Positions 1-13,428 of a DNA stretch of 64,000 bases are shown here, piece by piece. The stretch's first letter is position 1, and each line of letters starts with the position of its first letter. Source of the DNA: Octopus sinensis (Eukaryota); NCBI RefSeq assembly GCF_006345805.1, contig NC_042999.1, positions 9,672,001 to 9,736,000 on the forward strand, given 5' to 3'. The translations under genes were made by a program, and so were the position numbers. Below the pieces are notes generated by a model, which saw only the letters and a list, made by a program, of their open reading frames with translations, was not told the DNA's origin and searched no databases.

Positions 1-1808
1 CGGCTGGCTTCGGCCCGACCTTCCGCGGATGGATCATCGCTTTATACAGCAACATCGAATCGGTAGTTCGGGTAAATGGTTTCCTTTCGGAGCCGTTCAG
101 CATTGAATGTTCGGTACGTCAAGGGTGTCCTCTCTCCCCGCTTCTCTACGTTTTGGCCCTCGAGCCGTTGCTGAGGAGGTTGGAAACTATGAGAGGCACC
201 CCGCAAGATCTAGGGTGGGGAAAGTCAGCTTCGGCGTATGCGGACGACATCACCGTCATCGTTTCCCGAGTCGAGCACCTACAGTGGGTGGGTGAGGCCT
301 TAAGGGACTACGAAGCGGTGGCAGGAGCGAAAGTCAACCGGGATAAATCGGTCGGCTTGCAACTCGGCACCTGGAGGGGCAAGTCGATGTCTTCCGACAG
401 CGTCGTAGGACGTTGGACGGAAGGACCGGTGAAAATGCTTGGGATCTGGTTAGGTCCAGATCTCCAGATAGAGAAGAATTGGAGCGAGGTGGCGAGAAAG
501 GTGGCTCTCCTAACTCAGACATGGTCTGAACGGAATCTGTCCTTGAAAGGAAGGCGGAGGTTGCAGAAGTGTTTATCGCCTCTGTAATCACTTACCGCCT
601 AACCGTAGTGCCTTGCCCCGATTCGTGGCTGAACAAACTGGAACGCATGCTCTTTCGCTTTTTGTGGAGGGGCAGCAGACCTCTGTAAGGCGCTCTATTT
701 GCTGCCAAAAGCCGCTGAACGGTGGGTTAGGGATGCCGTGGCTAAAAATGCGCAGACATGCGCTCAGGCTTAGGCACCTCTGGATTTACCTGGACGGTGA
801 GCAGGTGTGGTCTCCGTTTGTCAAGCTGTTATTTCCACAGTTCACATCGTTTAACGAACTGAACCCATGGATCAAGTGTAGACCGAGGTTGGGCATGTGG
901 CATGCAGAGTGCTATCAGGCACTCGTGCTTCTCTCCCAGTCGGGCAACGCCGGTGGCGGGGCTACTACCGCGTTCTTCTATAGAGGGTTAGTAGAGTTTA
1001 AGTGTGACGACGTCCTAGGAGAAACTCTGGGCTTCGACGAAAATCAACTGGCCAGCCTGTTCCAAAGAACATTCGGTCCGGGGCCTATGGATAATTACCA
1101 AAAGTCCCTGGCCTGGCAATGTTACAGAGGAGCTTTACCGGTTCGAGATAAGCTCTTTAGACATGGGTGTGCACCTTCGCCGGTTTGTGCAAGATGTAAG
1201 AGGGACAGTGAAACTGTCCTGCACGCGATTGTGCAATGCCCCAAGGTGACTGAACTCTGGACTTATGTCGAACACCTGCTGTCGCATTCGAGAAGAGTAC
1301 AACTGTCGAGCGAATCTGTAATTAAGATAGTTCCGCCGACCTTCCTGAATAGGGAGGAGCGAGCCTGTTTTCTTTCGGTAGTTGCTATGGCGAAAGAAGT
1401 AGTGTGAAACGAGGAGAAAGTAAAAGGAATTGCAACAGGCATGTTTATCTCCAGTCTCGAGCTAATCGACTTTTTCGTTTTCCACATGAAACGGAAAATA
1501 AGGCTGGAGAAGAAATGCCTGTCGCAAAGTGTGTTTCGTAAAAGATGGAAGTCTATAGCAAGTATGTTGCGAGTGAAAGAACCTATTTAATCGAGAATGT
1601 AAAAAAGGATAAAGCAAAGTCTTCAGTGTGAGTATGTGGTTTGTGGGGTCGACCGCGTCCTCCGCTTCATTTTTTGTTAATCACTCATTCTCATTTAATT
1701 GTATATATATTAATTGTTTGTTTATTCATGTTTCGTCTCATTCGATACCCTGACCCCAACGTTTGTTTTGTCCCCTCTTTTTCTCAACCTTATGGTGAAT
1801 AAAGAAAT
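1..1808 (+). mobile_element. Tx1/L1-clade non-LTR retrotransposon, 3' part (RT C-terminus plus zf-RVT), disrupted
   Basis: Translations give SVRQGCPLSPLLY, AYADDITV and a CARC...ETVLHAIVQC zinc knuckle. Frameshifts near 555 and 670, an internal TGA at 1405-1407, ORF end near 1590, then a 3'UTR with AATAAA near 1798. Runs off the window start. Confidence 0.9.
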
Positions 1809-1809
1809 A

Positions 1810-1902
1810 CTCTCTTTCTTTCTCTCTCTCCCTCTCTCTCTTTCCCTCTCTCTTTTCCTCTCTCTCTCTTTCTTTCTCTCTCTCTTTCTTTCTCTCTCTT
1901 TT

Positions 1903-1933
<31 letters not shown>

Positions 1934-1948
1934 TTCCCTCTCTCTCTC

Positions 1949-1987
<39 letters not shown>
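1810..1987. repeat. (CT)n-rich microsatellite
   Basis: Directly visible. Confidence 0.95.
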
Positions 1988-1990
<3 letters not shown>

Positions 1991-2769
1991 GTGTCTTCCC
2001 ACCATCAAATTAACTGATGTTTTTGTGGTGGTATTTTAATTTTGGACAAACTATTACACGTGGAGAAAGGAAAGCAAAAACGAAAAGAAGTTGTGTATAT
2101 ATACATGTGTATATATACATGTGTATAAATACTGTATATTCATCCTGTCGAGTATAAATCATAAAACGTTTCACTGAAGGGAAAATGTTTAAAGCGGTTT
2201 GTGTAGATGCATAAATAATAAATAGATCTTGCGTGCCGTCTGCCTGTACAGTAATCAAAATCTCGTGTATTTGTCAGTGAATACAAATACACGGCAATAT
2301 GGCCACTCTACTCAGACACTCCTAAAGGCCTTATTCATTTTATTCATAAAAGATAAAAAATAAAGAAGGACGGGATAAAGAAAAGAAAAGAAAAGATAAG
2401 AAAGAAATGCACGAAGACATTTGTTCAGATAAAAATAGCTGATTTCTAATCGATAATAATCATGGACTATCGATTTTGTTTAGTGATTTTGTTTTTACTG
2501 ATTTCTCGTTCGGCCATCTAGTGGTCCTTCGTAGAGTCAGTCAGCAATTTCCGTTCAAGATTATTTTTAAAGTAGCACAGATTTACAATTTGGGTCGAAA
2601 TGTCTATTATTTTGATTGGTGCCGGAATCTAAAACTCCAAGTTACGAAACGAATTCCATTTGCCACATTGGCCGTCGGGGTTTGGGTTTCAAACCTGGAT
2701 ACCTCCCAATTGCATGACCAAACGACTACGACCAACCAACAGAGCCGGGTAGGTGATTAATTGTTTGTA

Positions 2770-3186
2770 TTCTTTTGCTCTTTTACTTGTTTCGGTCATT
2801 TGACTGCGGCCATGCTGGAGCACCACTTTTAGTCGAATAAATCGACCCCAGCACTTACACTTTGTAAGCCTAGTACTTATTCTATCGGTCTCTTTTGTCG
2901 AACTGCAAAGTAACGGGGATGTAAACACAGTAACATCGGTTTTCAAGAGATGGTGGGTGGACAAACACAGACACAGATAACAAACACACACATATTACAT
3001 ACATACATACATACATACATGCATACATACATACATACATACATATTATATATATATATTATATATATACATACATATATATATATATAATATATATATT
3101 ATACATATATATAAATATATACATATTATATACATACATTATATATATATGTAGTATAATATATATATACTACATACATATATATA

Positions 3187-3226
<40 letters not shown>

Positions 3227-3775
3227 TAATATATATATTATATATATATTATATTCGACGGGCTTCTTTCAGTTTCTTTCTACAAAATCCACTCACAAGG
3301 CCTTGGTCGGCCCGAGGCTATAGTAGAAGACAATTGCCCAAGGTGCCACGCAGTGGGACTTGAACCCGGAACCGTGTGGCTTGGGAGCAAGCTTCTTTAT
3401 TTCCTTACATTTGCGATAAATGCTGAAGCATTGCGGGCTGGACACAGACACAATGATTATGATGGAATGAAACAAGAGATGGTTGGTGGGAGAAGCAGCC
3501 AACGCCCGCCAATTGTGACTTCCCGATCACATTGTTTTTTTTTAAAAAAACACAAATGAGGTGTTGAACCTCTTACAATAATTACAATAATTACACTGAG
3601 CCTCTTATCAATCAAAAATGTTCAGAAAATAATCAATTTGAGGCGCTAAGTCCTCTTACCAATCTCCAAGTTCGAATCGAGGCGCTGAGACATCTTACCC
3701 TGCCTCCCCGATTAAGTCTCTCGCCGCCTGCAGGCAATCTTGCATGCTTCTTACCACACAGCCAATCCTGCGCCT
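2770..3775 (-). mobile_element. tRNA-like SINE family A copy with internal (TACA)/(TA) microsatellite, split by an insertion at ~3395-3740
   Basis: Reverse complement of the full copy at 34239-34648. Confidence 0.75.
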
Positions 3776-3777
3776 AT

Positions 3778-4004
3778 AAGGCGGCGAGCTGGCAGACACG
3801 TCAGCGCGCCGGGCGAAATGCTTAGCGGTATTTCGTCTGTCGTTACGTTCTGAATTCAAATTCCGTCGAGGTCGACTTTACTTTTCATCCTTTCGGGGTC
3901 GATTAAATAAGTACCAGTTACACAATGGGGTCGATGTAATCGACTTAATCCGTTTGTCCTTGTTTGTCCCCTCTATGTTTAGCCCCTTGTGGGCAATGAA
4001 GAAA
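3778..4004 (+). mobile_element. SINE family B (head AAGGCGGCGAGCTGGCAGA)
   Basis: Same sequence recurs at about 7367-7778(-), 8838-9220(-), 10380-10767(+), 22345-22957(+), 32882-33293(-), 35572-35802(+), 41502-41727(-), 46855-47083(-) and 53325-53735(+). Confidence 0.85.
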
Positions 4005-4024
4005 TATATAATGTTTTTTTTTCC

Positions 4025-4730
4025 TTTCTCTGGAATGTTCTGCATCTTTTGTAACTCTTTTATTGGTACAAATTAGCTGGCTCTGGCCATTCTGGAGCAG
4101 TGTCATCAATTCTGTTACAGCTTTTCCAAGTACTTTGTATGATGATGGAGTTACACTTAATGGTGCTTCCTTCCATGGTGTCAACCGGGTAACAGCCTTA
4201 ACCAAACTGCACCAACATACCAAAATTTTCATTTCGTTGAATTCAATCCAAACAACCTCAAATTTCCAGAAGACATTCTTTCCGGAATATCGTTGAATGA
4301 TGGCAGACAACTAGAATACTGTCCATATCCCGCTTGCATGAGCATTTCTGATAAGTGATGACATTTTGTTTCATGTGAATATTATTAAAGTGGATCCTCC
4401 ATGCAGGCGAATCATAGATTGGATCATAAGAATATTTAGACAATAACAACACATGCTGGGCCTTTACAAGACACTTGCTCTCATTTTAAGTGTCTTCATA
4501 GCATCGATTCCACAGCTAAATTACTTAAAGTATAAAAACCCTGCATCAACAAGATCGTCTCTAACCAGCAATAAAATTATTGAGAGTTTTTTAAATGATT
4601 TGGGGTCTATCTCTTGGACCCGAAAAGGGGGTGAGTCGCTGCAATGAATTTCTGGATAATCTTCGAAGTACCAGAATTTGCATAATTCCCCGCCTCCAGC
4701 CATTGTGCAGTACTTTTAAATCTGTCCTCT
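4025..4730 (-). pseudogene. Possible decayed coding exon, weakly TIR-domain-like
   Basis: Non-repetitive segment with a tttaacag acceptor before 4730 and acaATGG at 4703. Stitched frames read VRDDLVDAGFLYFK*FSCGIDAMKTL...LLLSKYSYDPIYDSPAW...NVFWK. Contains stops and frameshifts. Confidence 0.25.
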
Positions 4731-5569
4731 CTGTTAAAGGTTAGAACTCATGTCTTTGCAGTAACTTATATTCAAATGATGTCAACAGTTCACTGTTCCT
4801 TTTCAATATATTTACTATCAGACAGATTCTTCTCGCTGAGGTCTTAACCTTCGGCAGATGAGAAACAAATGTTTCAAGGAGAAAACTCTAGCCTATCTCA
4901 GGCGTTTTTTTCCCTGTGGGAGGAATTTAACAAAGGAACAAACAATCACGACTGACAATTCCACGACACTGCCAATGCTTTCAGTAGTGAATTATACGAT
5001 CCTTGACTGTTGAGAGTTAAGTACCTTACTTGCGAACTCCTTGTCTGGACTCGAACTACCAACCACTCGATTCACTAACTTTACCACTTCTTTTTCTTTT
5101 ATATCTCTCTGTGGTACTAATTTATGCCTCGGGATGTTCGAACTAACGAGAGATTAACATATATGCTAGATTTTAGTTTTGCACCATAAGAAAGAAATAG
5201 AGAGAGTTTGACGTTTCGTACAGTGGACCATCAACGGAAAAATCAAATCGCTTTCTTCCTTGCAGTTTAAAGTTAAATCTTTCTGTATGTACAGTGTGTT
5301 TTATTTGTTGTTTTTCAGGTATTTGTTTCTGTTTTTGTTTTGTTCCGGGTTCTTTTTCGTGGGATTACTTCCCATACAAACACAAAGTGTAGGTTACTGA
5401 ATGACAATCGCTCTGTTACTATTAGTTAACATAGAGATGGCAACGGGATGTACTACAGACAATCCTTGGAGAAACAAACCGATGCCCAAATTGATCAGAT
5501 ATCAGTAACATCCACATGCTTTCAAAATCTATAATAGAAAATCATTTACATTTTTGTATTAGAGCTTGT

Positions 5570-5870
5570 GAAGGCGCAATAGCCCAGTGGTGAGGGCAGC
5601 GGACTCGCAGCCGTAGGATAGCGGTTTCGATTCCCAGACCGGGCGTTGTGAGTGTTTATTGAGCGAAAACACCAAAATCTCCACAAGGCTCCGGCAGGGG
5701 GGGGGCATCCCTGCTGTACTCTTTCGCCACAACTTTCTCTCAATCTTTTTTCTGTTGGCCTGCTCGCTTAGCCAGCGGGGTGGCGTCATTTGAAGGCTAA
5801 AACAATGCGAAGCGCATTGTGACCAGCGATGTGTAGCAACATCTGATTGCCTGGTCGGTCACGGTGATCA
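5570..5870 (+). mobile_element. tRNA-derived SINE family C (head GGCGCAATGGCCCAGTGGTTAG)
   Basis: A/B-box-like head. Related copies at about 13745-14080, 28362-28732, 32200-32470, 33905-34188, 34695-34855, 38590-38883(-), 39970-40262(-), 58130-58445 and 58458-58790. Confidence 0.85.
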
Positions 5871-8800
5871 CGGGGATTAGTGGATCTTACGACTGACATT
5901 ATAAACGTTTGAATACTTAGCGATATCCTCCATATTGGATTTTCTATTTATAGTAAATAAAGAGCGATTTTAAGGGGTTTTTTTGAGTAACGCCAGTATC
6001 TTTACTTTGGCGTTCTTCCATAAACCCAGAATTCTGCTTAGTGAGATATTACTGCTTCAGTTCACATCTAAACATATTTCAGAATCTTTTAAATTGATTC
6101 ATTTGAAATACATCAGTAACAAAAACTTACTCATAAAACGAAAAGTGTTCCATCTGTTTCTCACGGAATAACAAATATGAACCTAATGTAAGCAAGGGAT
6201 TCATATAATGGTGTCAGTGATGGTGGTGGCGGCCGTGGTGGCGGGTGGTGATGGGTGGTGGGAGCTATTCTTTTACTGGTCGGGTGGAATTTCGATAACA
6301 CTTATAAACATCCGCATGTCTGTGTACGTGTGTCCGTTATATTTTCACTTTGCTTTTCACACTGAATACAATTTGAATCCTTTGTATCTTTGTGTAGGGA
6401 GGTAGACAGACAGCAGGACAGACAGATAGATTGACAGATATGTAAGCAGATAGATAGTTGGACAAACAGACAGACATGCATACCTGCTCACATGCCTACA
6501 AAACTGCTTTTTTTGTTCTCTTGTTTTTTGTTTTTTGTTTTTTTTTCATCCCCCAAAAGAAAAGCTCTACCTTGTAATTTGTCCCATCTGTGTGCAGCCT
6601 GTGTGGCCAATAAATAAACTTATCTATCTGTCTGGCTTTCTATCTGTCTATTTCTTCCTATCTATCAATCTATGTATCTCTTATGTTTATATTTCTGTTA
6701 TTATTATTATTAATATTATTGCTATTATCATCACCATTATTATTATTGTTGTTGTCGTTGTTGCTGTTGACGTCTTATGCGAAAAACACGCATTATCTGA
6801 ATAAAGAAAACCATACACGAAATAGAGGTAATTTTCCTTTATTAAAAGTGGACAGAAACTTCATAGTTTCGCCAACGCAGGCTTTTCAAGATGCTGTGGG
6901 ATAACAGAAATTCGTTCTAGAAATAATGTAGAAAAAATAGAGAGTTTAATGAATTAGTTTATTTTAAATACACTGGAGAAATTACAAAGGAATCATAAAA
7001 TATATCAAAAGGAAACACCTGATATATGGTTGTTCTCAATATATAATAAGATGGAGAACGATAAAGGGAGGTAATCAAATATTCAGTCAAGACTGATCTA
7101 GTCGTTACATGTATGTGTGTGCATAAGGAGTGTTTAATGAAGTATATTTTTGTAGGATGGTAAAAGGAATTCTACGTAAAGTTCTAAATACAAAATATTT
7201 ATCATCATTGATATAAAATGTCGCCATTGTGAGAAACGACTGGAAAAAGATATTTACAACTGGTGAGTCAGTTCATGTGTGTCCATGAGAGATGCGTGTG
7301 CCAGGGATGGTAGTGGATTTTTGAAGTCGTCGAATTCTGCAGCCGAACGTGACGAGCGTATATACCTATTTCTTACTACCCACCAAGGGGCTAAACACAG
7401 AGAGGACAAACAAGGACAGACAAACGGATTAAGTCGATTACATCGACCCCAGTGCGTAACTGGTACTTATTTAATCGAACCCCGAAAGGATGAAAGGCAA
7501 AGTCGACCTCGGCGGATTTGAACGCAGATCGTAACGGCAGACGAAATACCTATTTCTTTACTACCCACAAGGGGCTAAACACAGATAGGACGAACAAGGA
7601 CAGACAAACGGATTAAGTCGATTACACCGACCCCAGTGCGTAACTGGTACTTATTTAATCGACCCCGAAAGGATGAAAGGCACAGTCGACCTCGGCGGAA
7701 TTTGAACTCAGAACGTAACGGCAGACGAAATACCGCTAAGCATTTCGCCCGGCGCGCTAACGTTTCTGCTAGCTCGCCGAGCGTATATACCGGCAGCCAA
7801 TGTGTACCGCGCATTAGCCAATTACCGAGCACATCGTTTATATATAGCCAAGCTCTTTCCAAGAGAAGGCGCCAAAGACAAAATCGTTAATAACAAAACA
7901 ATACGTTGTTTATTACAATTCTGATCAAATTAACTAATCATTTGTTGGCTCTATTGTTGCCGTTGGTCAATTATCTACTGATAAAGAAACAAGTGCTTGA
8001 AGTGTCTGGCAGAGATCTGAATGGGTCGTTGTTTGATGATGTCATGAATCATTGACAGAATCCTGTTTGTTGTTTATCATGATTTCAGGTTCAATTCCAA
8101 GACAGTGGAGTAAGTTTGGTGTTTTGGACGTTGCCAATATTCCTGCTAATTTTTTTTAAAGAAAACATGAAAATGAAATAGCAAAATTTGACATTTTTAA
8201 CAAGCCAGTATTCATACGTAACAGGCGTATTAATGTAAAGTAAAACTTATGAAGCATTGCAAAGTATTAACTCAATATAAAAAATATATTAGCTCAATAT
8301 AAATTTATTTGTGAATATAAAAGGCGCCGGAAAAAATATTTTTAAAGAATATAAAAAGTTTTTAAAGATTTCTGATTTTCTATTATATGAAAAGATATTA
8401 AATTTCAATAAAATTTTAGCTGATGCGAAGAAAGCGTAGTGAAAATTTATATTCCTATTAAAATAGAGGTAAATTATATTTCACTTAATAAAAACATAAA
8501 CAAAATCACTCAAAAGTTCTGAAGTCTCAACGAGGAAATAGAAATATAATGAAAATTTTGATTTATTACCTTAAATCGGGAGGGAAATAAGGCAAAATGT
8601 ATGACAAATATTTAGAGAATAAATGAAATACAAAAGACTAAGAGGTGTAAATAAGTTAAATAAATTATAAGAAATTAAAACGATAAAGTTTATATGAGAT
8701 TCCTTAAACAATATGAAAAGTAAAGGAGTCAGTAACACTAGAAGACAATTATATTAGGAAATAAAGGGTATTGATTAAATATAATTTATTATTACGGTTT

Positions 8801-9769
8801 ATTACGAATCGAAAAACCTCAGATAGTTCAACGAAATATTCTTTTCTACTCTAAACACAAGACCCGAAATTTTAGGGGAGGGATCCAGTCGATTAGATCG
8901 ATCCCAGTACGCAACTGATACTTAATTTATCGACCCCGAAAGGATGAAAGGCAAAGTCGACCTCGGTGGGTTTTGAACTCAGAACGTAAAGACAGACGAA
9001 ATACCGCAAAGCATTTCACCCGGCGTGCTAACGTTTCTTATTTCTTTATTGCCCACAAGGGGCTAAACATAGAGGGGATAAACAAGGACAGACAAACGTA
9101 TTAAGTCGATTACATCGACCCCAGTGCATAACTGGTACTTAATTTATCGACCCCGAAAGGATGAAAGGCAAAATCGACCTCGGCGGAATTTGAACTCAGA
9201 ACGTAACGGCAGACGAAATACCACCTTAGTTCAAAGTAATATTACGAGCTGTATGATTATATAATATTATCGGTTAAATTTAGGGTTGGTTGATAAATGT
9301 AGACTTGGTTGTGTGTTTAAGAGGTTCCGTTTGCAGCGATGTAGCTTTGGGTTCAGTCCCACTGCACAGCACCTTGAGCAAGCGTCTTCTTATCGAGAGA
9401 GAGAGAATTTGATAAACATGAAAACCATGAAAACACAAATGAAAAGCTGATGGAAATTGGGTACGCTTATGTATCATATTTACTGTACATACATCGTTGA
9501 AAGGCAATTTATTGCAGTACATGTCCAGAGATAGCTTTTCTCGTGGATGCAATGTTTTGAAAAACACAATATATAATGCAGGAAGAAGAAAATCCTCACA
9601 GTAGCATCTAGAGTGATTGACAGGTCGGTTTCGATTATGTTGGGACTTATCGATTGCATGTACTTACAACCAGAGACACGTTTAGTCGAGATATGTCATC
9701 TCCTATATGATGGAAACAATGACTAAAGCATTCACTGATGTTGCGAACAGCCGCCCATTTGAATAAAAA

Positions 9770-10215
9770 ATCCATTGCATATCTCTCCCGCCTGGAGCGA
9801 AGGCGGGAGAGATATGCAGTGATATACATCTGGAAAATCCTGGAGGGTCTTATCCCGAATTTTGGCAGAATGGGACGCCACTGCATGGTGCCAAAGATCC
9901 CAGCATCACCATCAAAATACAGGACCAGATACTACAACAGCTTGGGTTTCAGGGGACCACAGCTCTTCAATATCCTTCCTAAATGCCTGAGAGACCTTCA
10001 TGGTGTGGATGTGGGTTTCTTTAAAACTAAACTGGATCTCTTCTTGTCAGAGGTTCCAGATGAACCTACCTCTCGGCAGGAAACAGAGATGCGGGCAGCG
10101 GCGTCGAACTCTCTTGTTGATCAAGTCCCACGTATCAGAGGTGGTTTCACATACTAGTGTAGCTCATTCAACGGTGGTGCCCCAGCATGGCCGCAGCTTT
10201 CGGGCTGAAACATTT
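9770..10215 (+). mobile_element. CR1/L2-group LINE 3' fragment
   Basis: LERRRERYAVIYIWKILEGL...SLGFRGPQLFNILP...FKTKLDLFL is typical of the CR1-group ORF2 C-terminus. Confidence 0.75.
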
Positions 10216-10924
10216 TTAAGGATTTATATGCAATAGAAACAGTATTAAATTATAATAGCCATCGATATATTTTTCATACTGTCCCTTCTGTCGAGCACCG
10301 TCTTAGATTATCCTTTAACTCCTGTGCAAAACAGATCGGTTAAATCAATCGCATAGATATCAATATTTATACTGTACTGGAAGAATTGTTAGCGCACCAG
10401 ACAAAATGTTTAACAGTATTTTATCTGTCTTTTCGTTCTGAGTTCAACTTCCGCCGAGGTCGACTTTGCCTTTCATCCTTTCGGGGTCGATAAATTAAGT
10501 ACCAGTTATGCACTGGGGTCGATGTATTTGACTTAATCCGTTTGTCTGTCCTTGTTTGTCCTCTCAGTGTTTAGCCCCTTTGTGGGTAGTAAAGAAATAG
10601 GTATTTCGTCTGTCTTTACGTTCTTAGTTCAAACTCCGCCGAAGTCGACTTTGCCTTTCATCATCCTTACGGGGTCGATAAATTAAGGCCCAGTTGAATA
10701 CTAGGATCGAAGTAAGCGACTTAGGCCCCACCCCAGAATTGCTGGTCATGTACCAAAATTTGAAACCACTGTATACATATATATGTGTGTGTATAGTTAG
10801 ATAGATAGATAGATATGCATGCATGTATGTATATATATATACACATACATATATATATATATATATACATATATATGTGTATATATATATGTATATATAT
10901 GCCATTTTGTTGTGTGCAGGAATA

Positions 10925-11222
10925 ACGTTAGCCTCTCAAACCCTCTTTCATGGGGCCGAAGAAATGATAGTCCAGTGACGAGGAAATGAAAACTGTAGTG
11001 AAGAAGTGGCTCAAAGAACAGTCAACAGAATTTTACGGGGCAAGGATACATGCTCTCATTCGAAGGTGGAACATTGCTATTGAGAGAAACGGTGACTATG
11101 TTGAGAAGTAGGGATGTGATCCACAGAGAACCAGCTTCATTTTGTTGTATGACACATGTTCCTGTGTTGGTAATTATACCTGTCCTAAACAAAACGGCGT
11201 TACTTTTTGACTTACCCTCGTA
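10925..11222 (+). mobile_element. Mariner transposase C-terminal fragment plus right TIR
   Basis: SSDEEMKTVVKKWLKEQSTEFY...IHALIRRWNIAIERNGDYVEK, ending in TTTGACTTACCCTCG followed by TA. Confidence 0.75.
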
Positions 11223-12431
11223 TAATATAATATCTCTTATTATAAAAGGCAGATTTTATCTGCCTCCCATTGGGAGTTATACAAATCTACAATATAGAAT
11301 TTCTTCAATTACAATTTACCTAGCATTTTTAAGAGTAGAATGCATCGCGTCATGCCAGGTCCAGTTTTTAAAATTTAAACTCCAATTAAGCAAAATTTAC
11401 AGAAAACTCACATTCTGGTGTGTATGTCAAATGCTTTTCTTAGTCTGGTTTACACCACACGCAAACGCACACACACAGTGTGCAACGAATACAATGAAAG
11501 TAAATAGCGACAGAGTGATTTCAGGAAGACTAAACTGAAAGTATTTAAACCACTACTCAAAAAAATAAAAAAACACAGCAAACAGAAACAATAAATACAT
11601 AACCATTTACTCTCACACAATTTCTTCAATTAGAATTTACCTAAGATTTTCAGAGTACTTCAGTGGGTGATGCATAAAAAATTTCTTTCAATTTTACCAC
11701 CACTTAGACAAAATTCGAGAAAAACTCAATATTTTAACATATCACTCCGAAAGCATTGATGTACATGTGTGCGTGCGAGTGTGTGTGTGTCTTCCTCACA
11801 CACACGCATACACATACATATACAACTACATACAATACACACATACAACTACATACAAACACGTGTGTGTTGTTATTAGTAAAAAAGGCGCCAAATCAAA
11901 CTCACTTATTCCAACACATTTGCAAAGACACACGGACGGACAGAAAAGGTAAATTGGTTTTATTTTACTCTGTAATATTTTATTATATAATATTATATAT
12001 AGATATATGTATATATAATTGCAGTATGAAACAGTGTTTATGTATATAAAAGACGACACTTATATATAGTTATTATAATAGAGATTAATAAATGTATGCA
12101 TCCGTTTTAAACCCTTTCGTTACCAAGCCGCCCGAATTTACTATTCATATTTCAATGAGAATATCAGAGCAAATCTCTTTAGTACATTCGTGAAAACACG
12201 TATTATACTTCGTAAACACTTCAACTACAGTTTTGTACAAAATCGAAGGGTAATTTTAATCCGTGAATTATGGGAGATTTCTTTTCGAAATTTGTTCCTA
12301 TTGTGTTTTCAAAATTGTAATTCTGACAAAAAATGGATACGAATTTCATTATATCAAGCAGCGAGTCAGAATTCGAAGGATTTCTACTGAAGACCTTCAT
12401 AAATCTAATCTATGACTAAAAAAAAAAAAGC

Positions 12432-12813
12432 ATCTTTATATAAGAGTGAAGTTGGTGTCTGTCTCCTACGATTTAGATTCCTAACTACTCCACTTTGCGG
12501 TGCAGTGTATCAAAAGCGGGTATCTTATAGTCGTGATCATATCGAGCCCTTCTGGGTATTAGCGTGCGTCTACGATGAGTCTACGATTAAAAAAATTTAC
12601 CATCATATTTTCCATTTAATGCATTTTTTCGCCTTTTATATAAGGGAAGTAACTCTCTAAAAATATCTACGATGTGTCAACGATTTAAAAAAAATTACCT
12701 TATTTTTTTTCATTTTTAATGCATCTTTTGCTATTTTTTGGCTATAACTCTCTAAAAATGCTTATATAGTTATTTCCCTTACAAACCCGAGCAACGCCGG
12801 GCGATACTGCTAG
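12432..12813 (+). mobile_element. Non-autonomous Helitron-like element
   Basis: 5' TC(T)TTATATAA start, 3' CCCGAGCAACGCCGGG hairpin followed by CTAG. Related copies at ~50585-50974(+) and ~59018-59417(-). Confidence 0.75.
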
Positions 12814-12849
12814 TAATATAATATAATATAATATAATATAATATAATAA

Positions 12850-13428
12850 GGTACAAGATGAAAAATTTTATTTCACCAATTGACATCCATCCTATCGCTC
12901 ATTTCGCCGTTTATCATATAAAAATGATTTATTTTATTGTACAATAAATAAGTAATAAATTATTTTTCTTACCTGTACTAATGTATATAATATGAATTAT
13001 ATAATTCAGTTGTATAATTTATAAATTAATACAGGTGTAAAGACTTGCTCATAAGTCAATATCGTACTTACTCTTCTTTCATATATACATACATATACAT
13101 ACATATATATAGATATATATATATATATATAATTATATATATTATATATATATATATATACGTACTGAGACGATGAAAGAAAGGTAAGGTAAGTAGAATA
13201 TTAATTGACCTGATGAGTAAGTCTTTATACCTGTTTTAATTTATAAATTATACAACTGAATTATATAATTCATATTATATACATTAGTACAGGTAAGTAA
13301 AATAATGTATTATTCATTTATGTAATTATATATTTATTATACAATAAGATAAATTGCTTTTATACGATAAAGGCTGCAAAACGGTTGTATGGATGTCAAT
13401 TGGTGAAATAAATGTTTCATCTTATACC
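12850..13428. repeat. Long inverted repeat (~230-250 bp arms) around a (TA)n tract
   Basis: 12850-13081 is the reverse complement of ~13175-13428. Confidence 0.85.
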
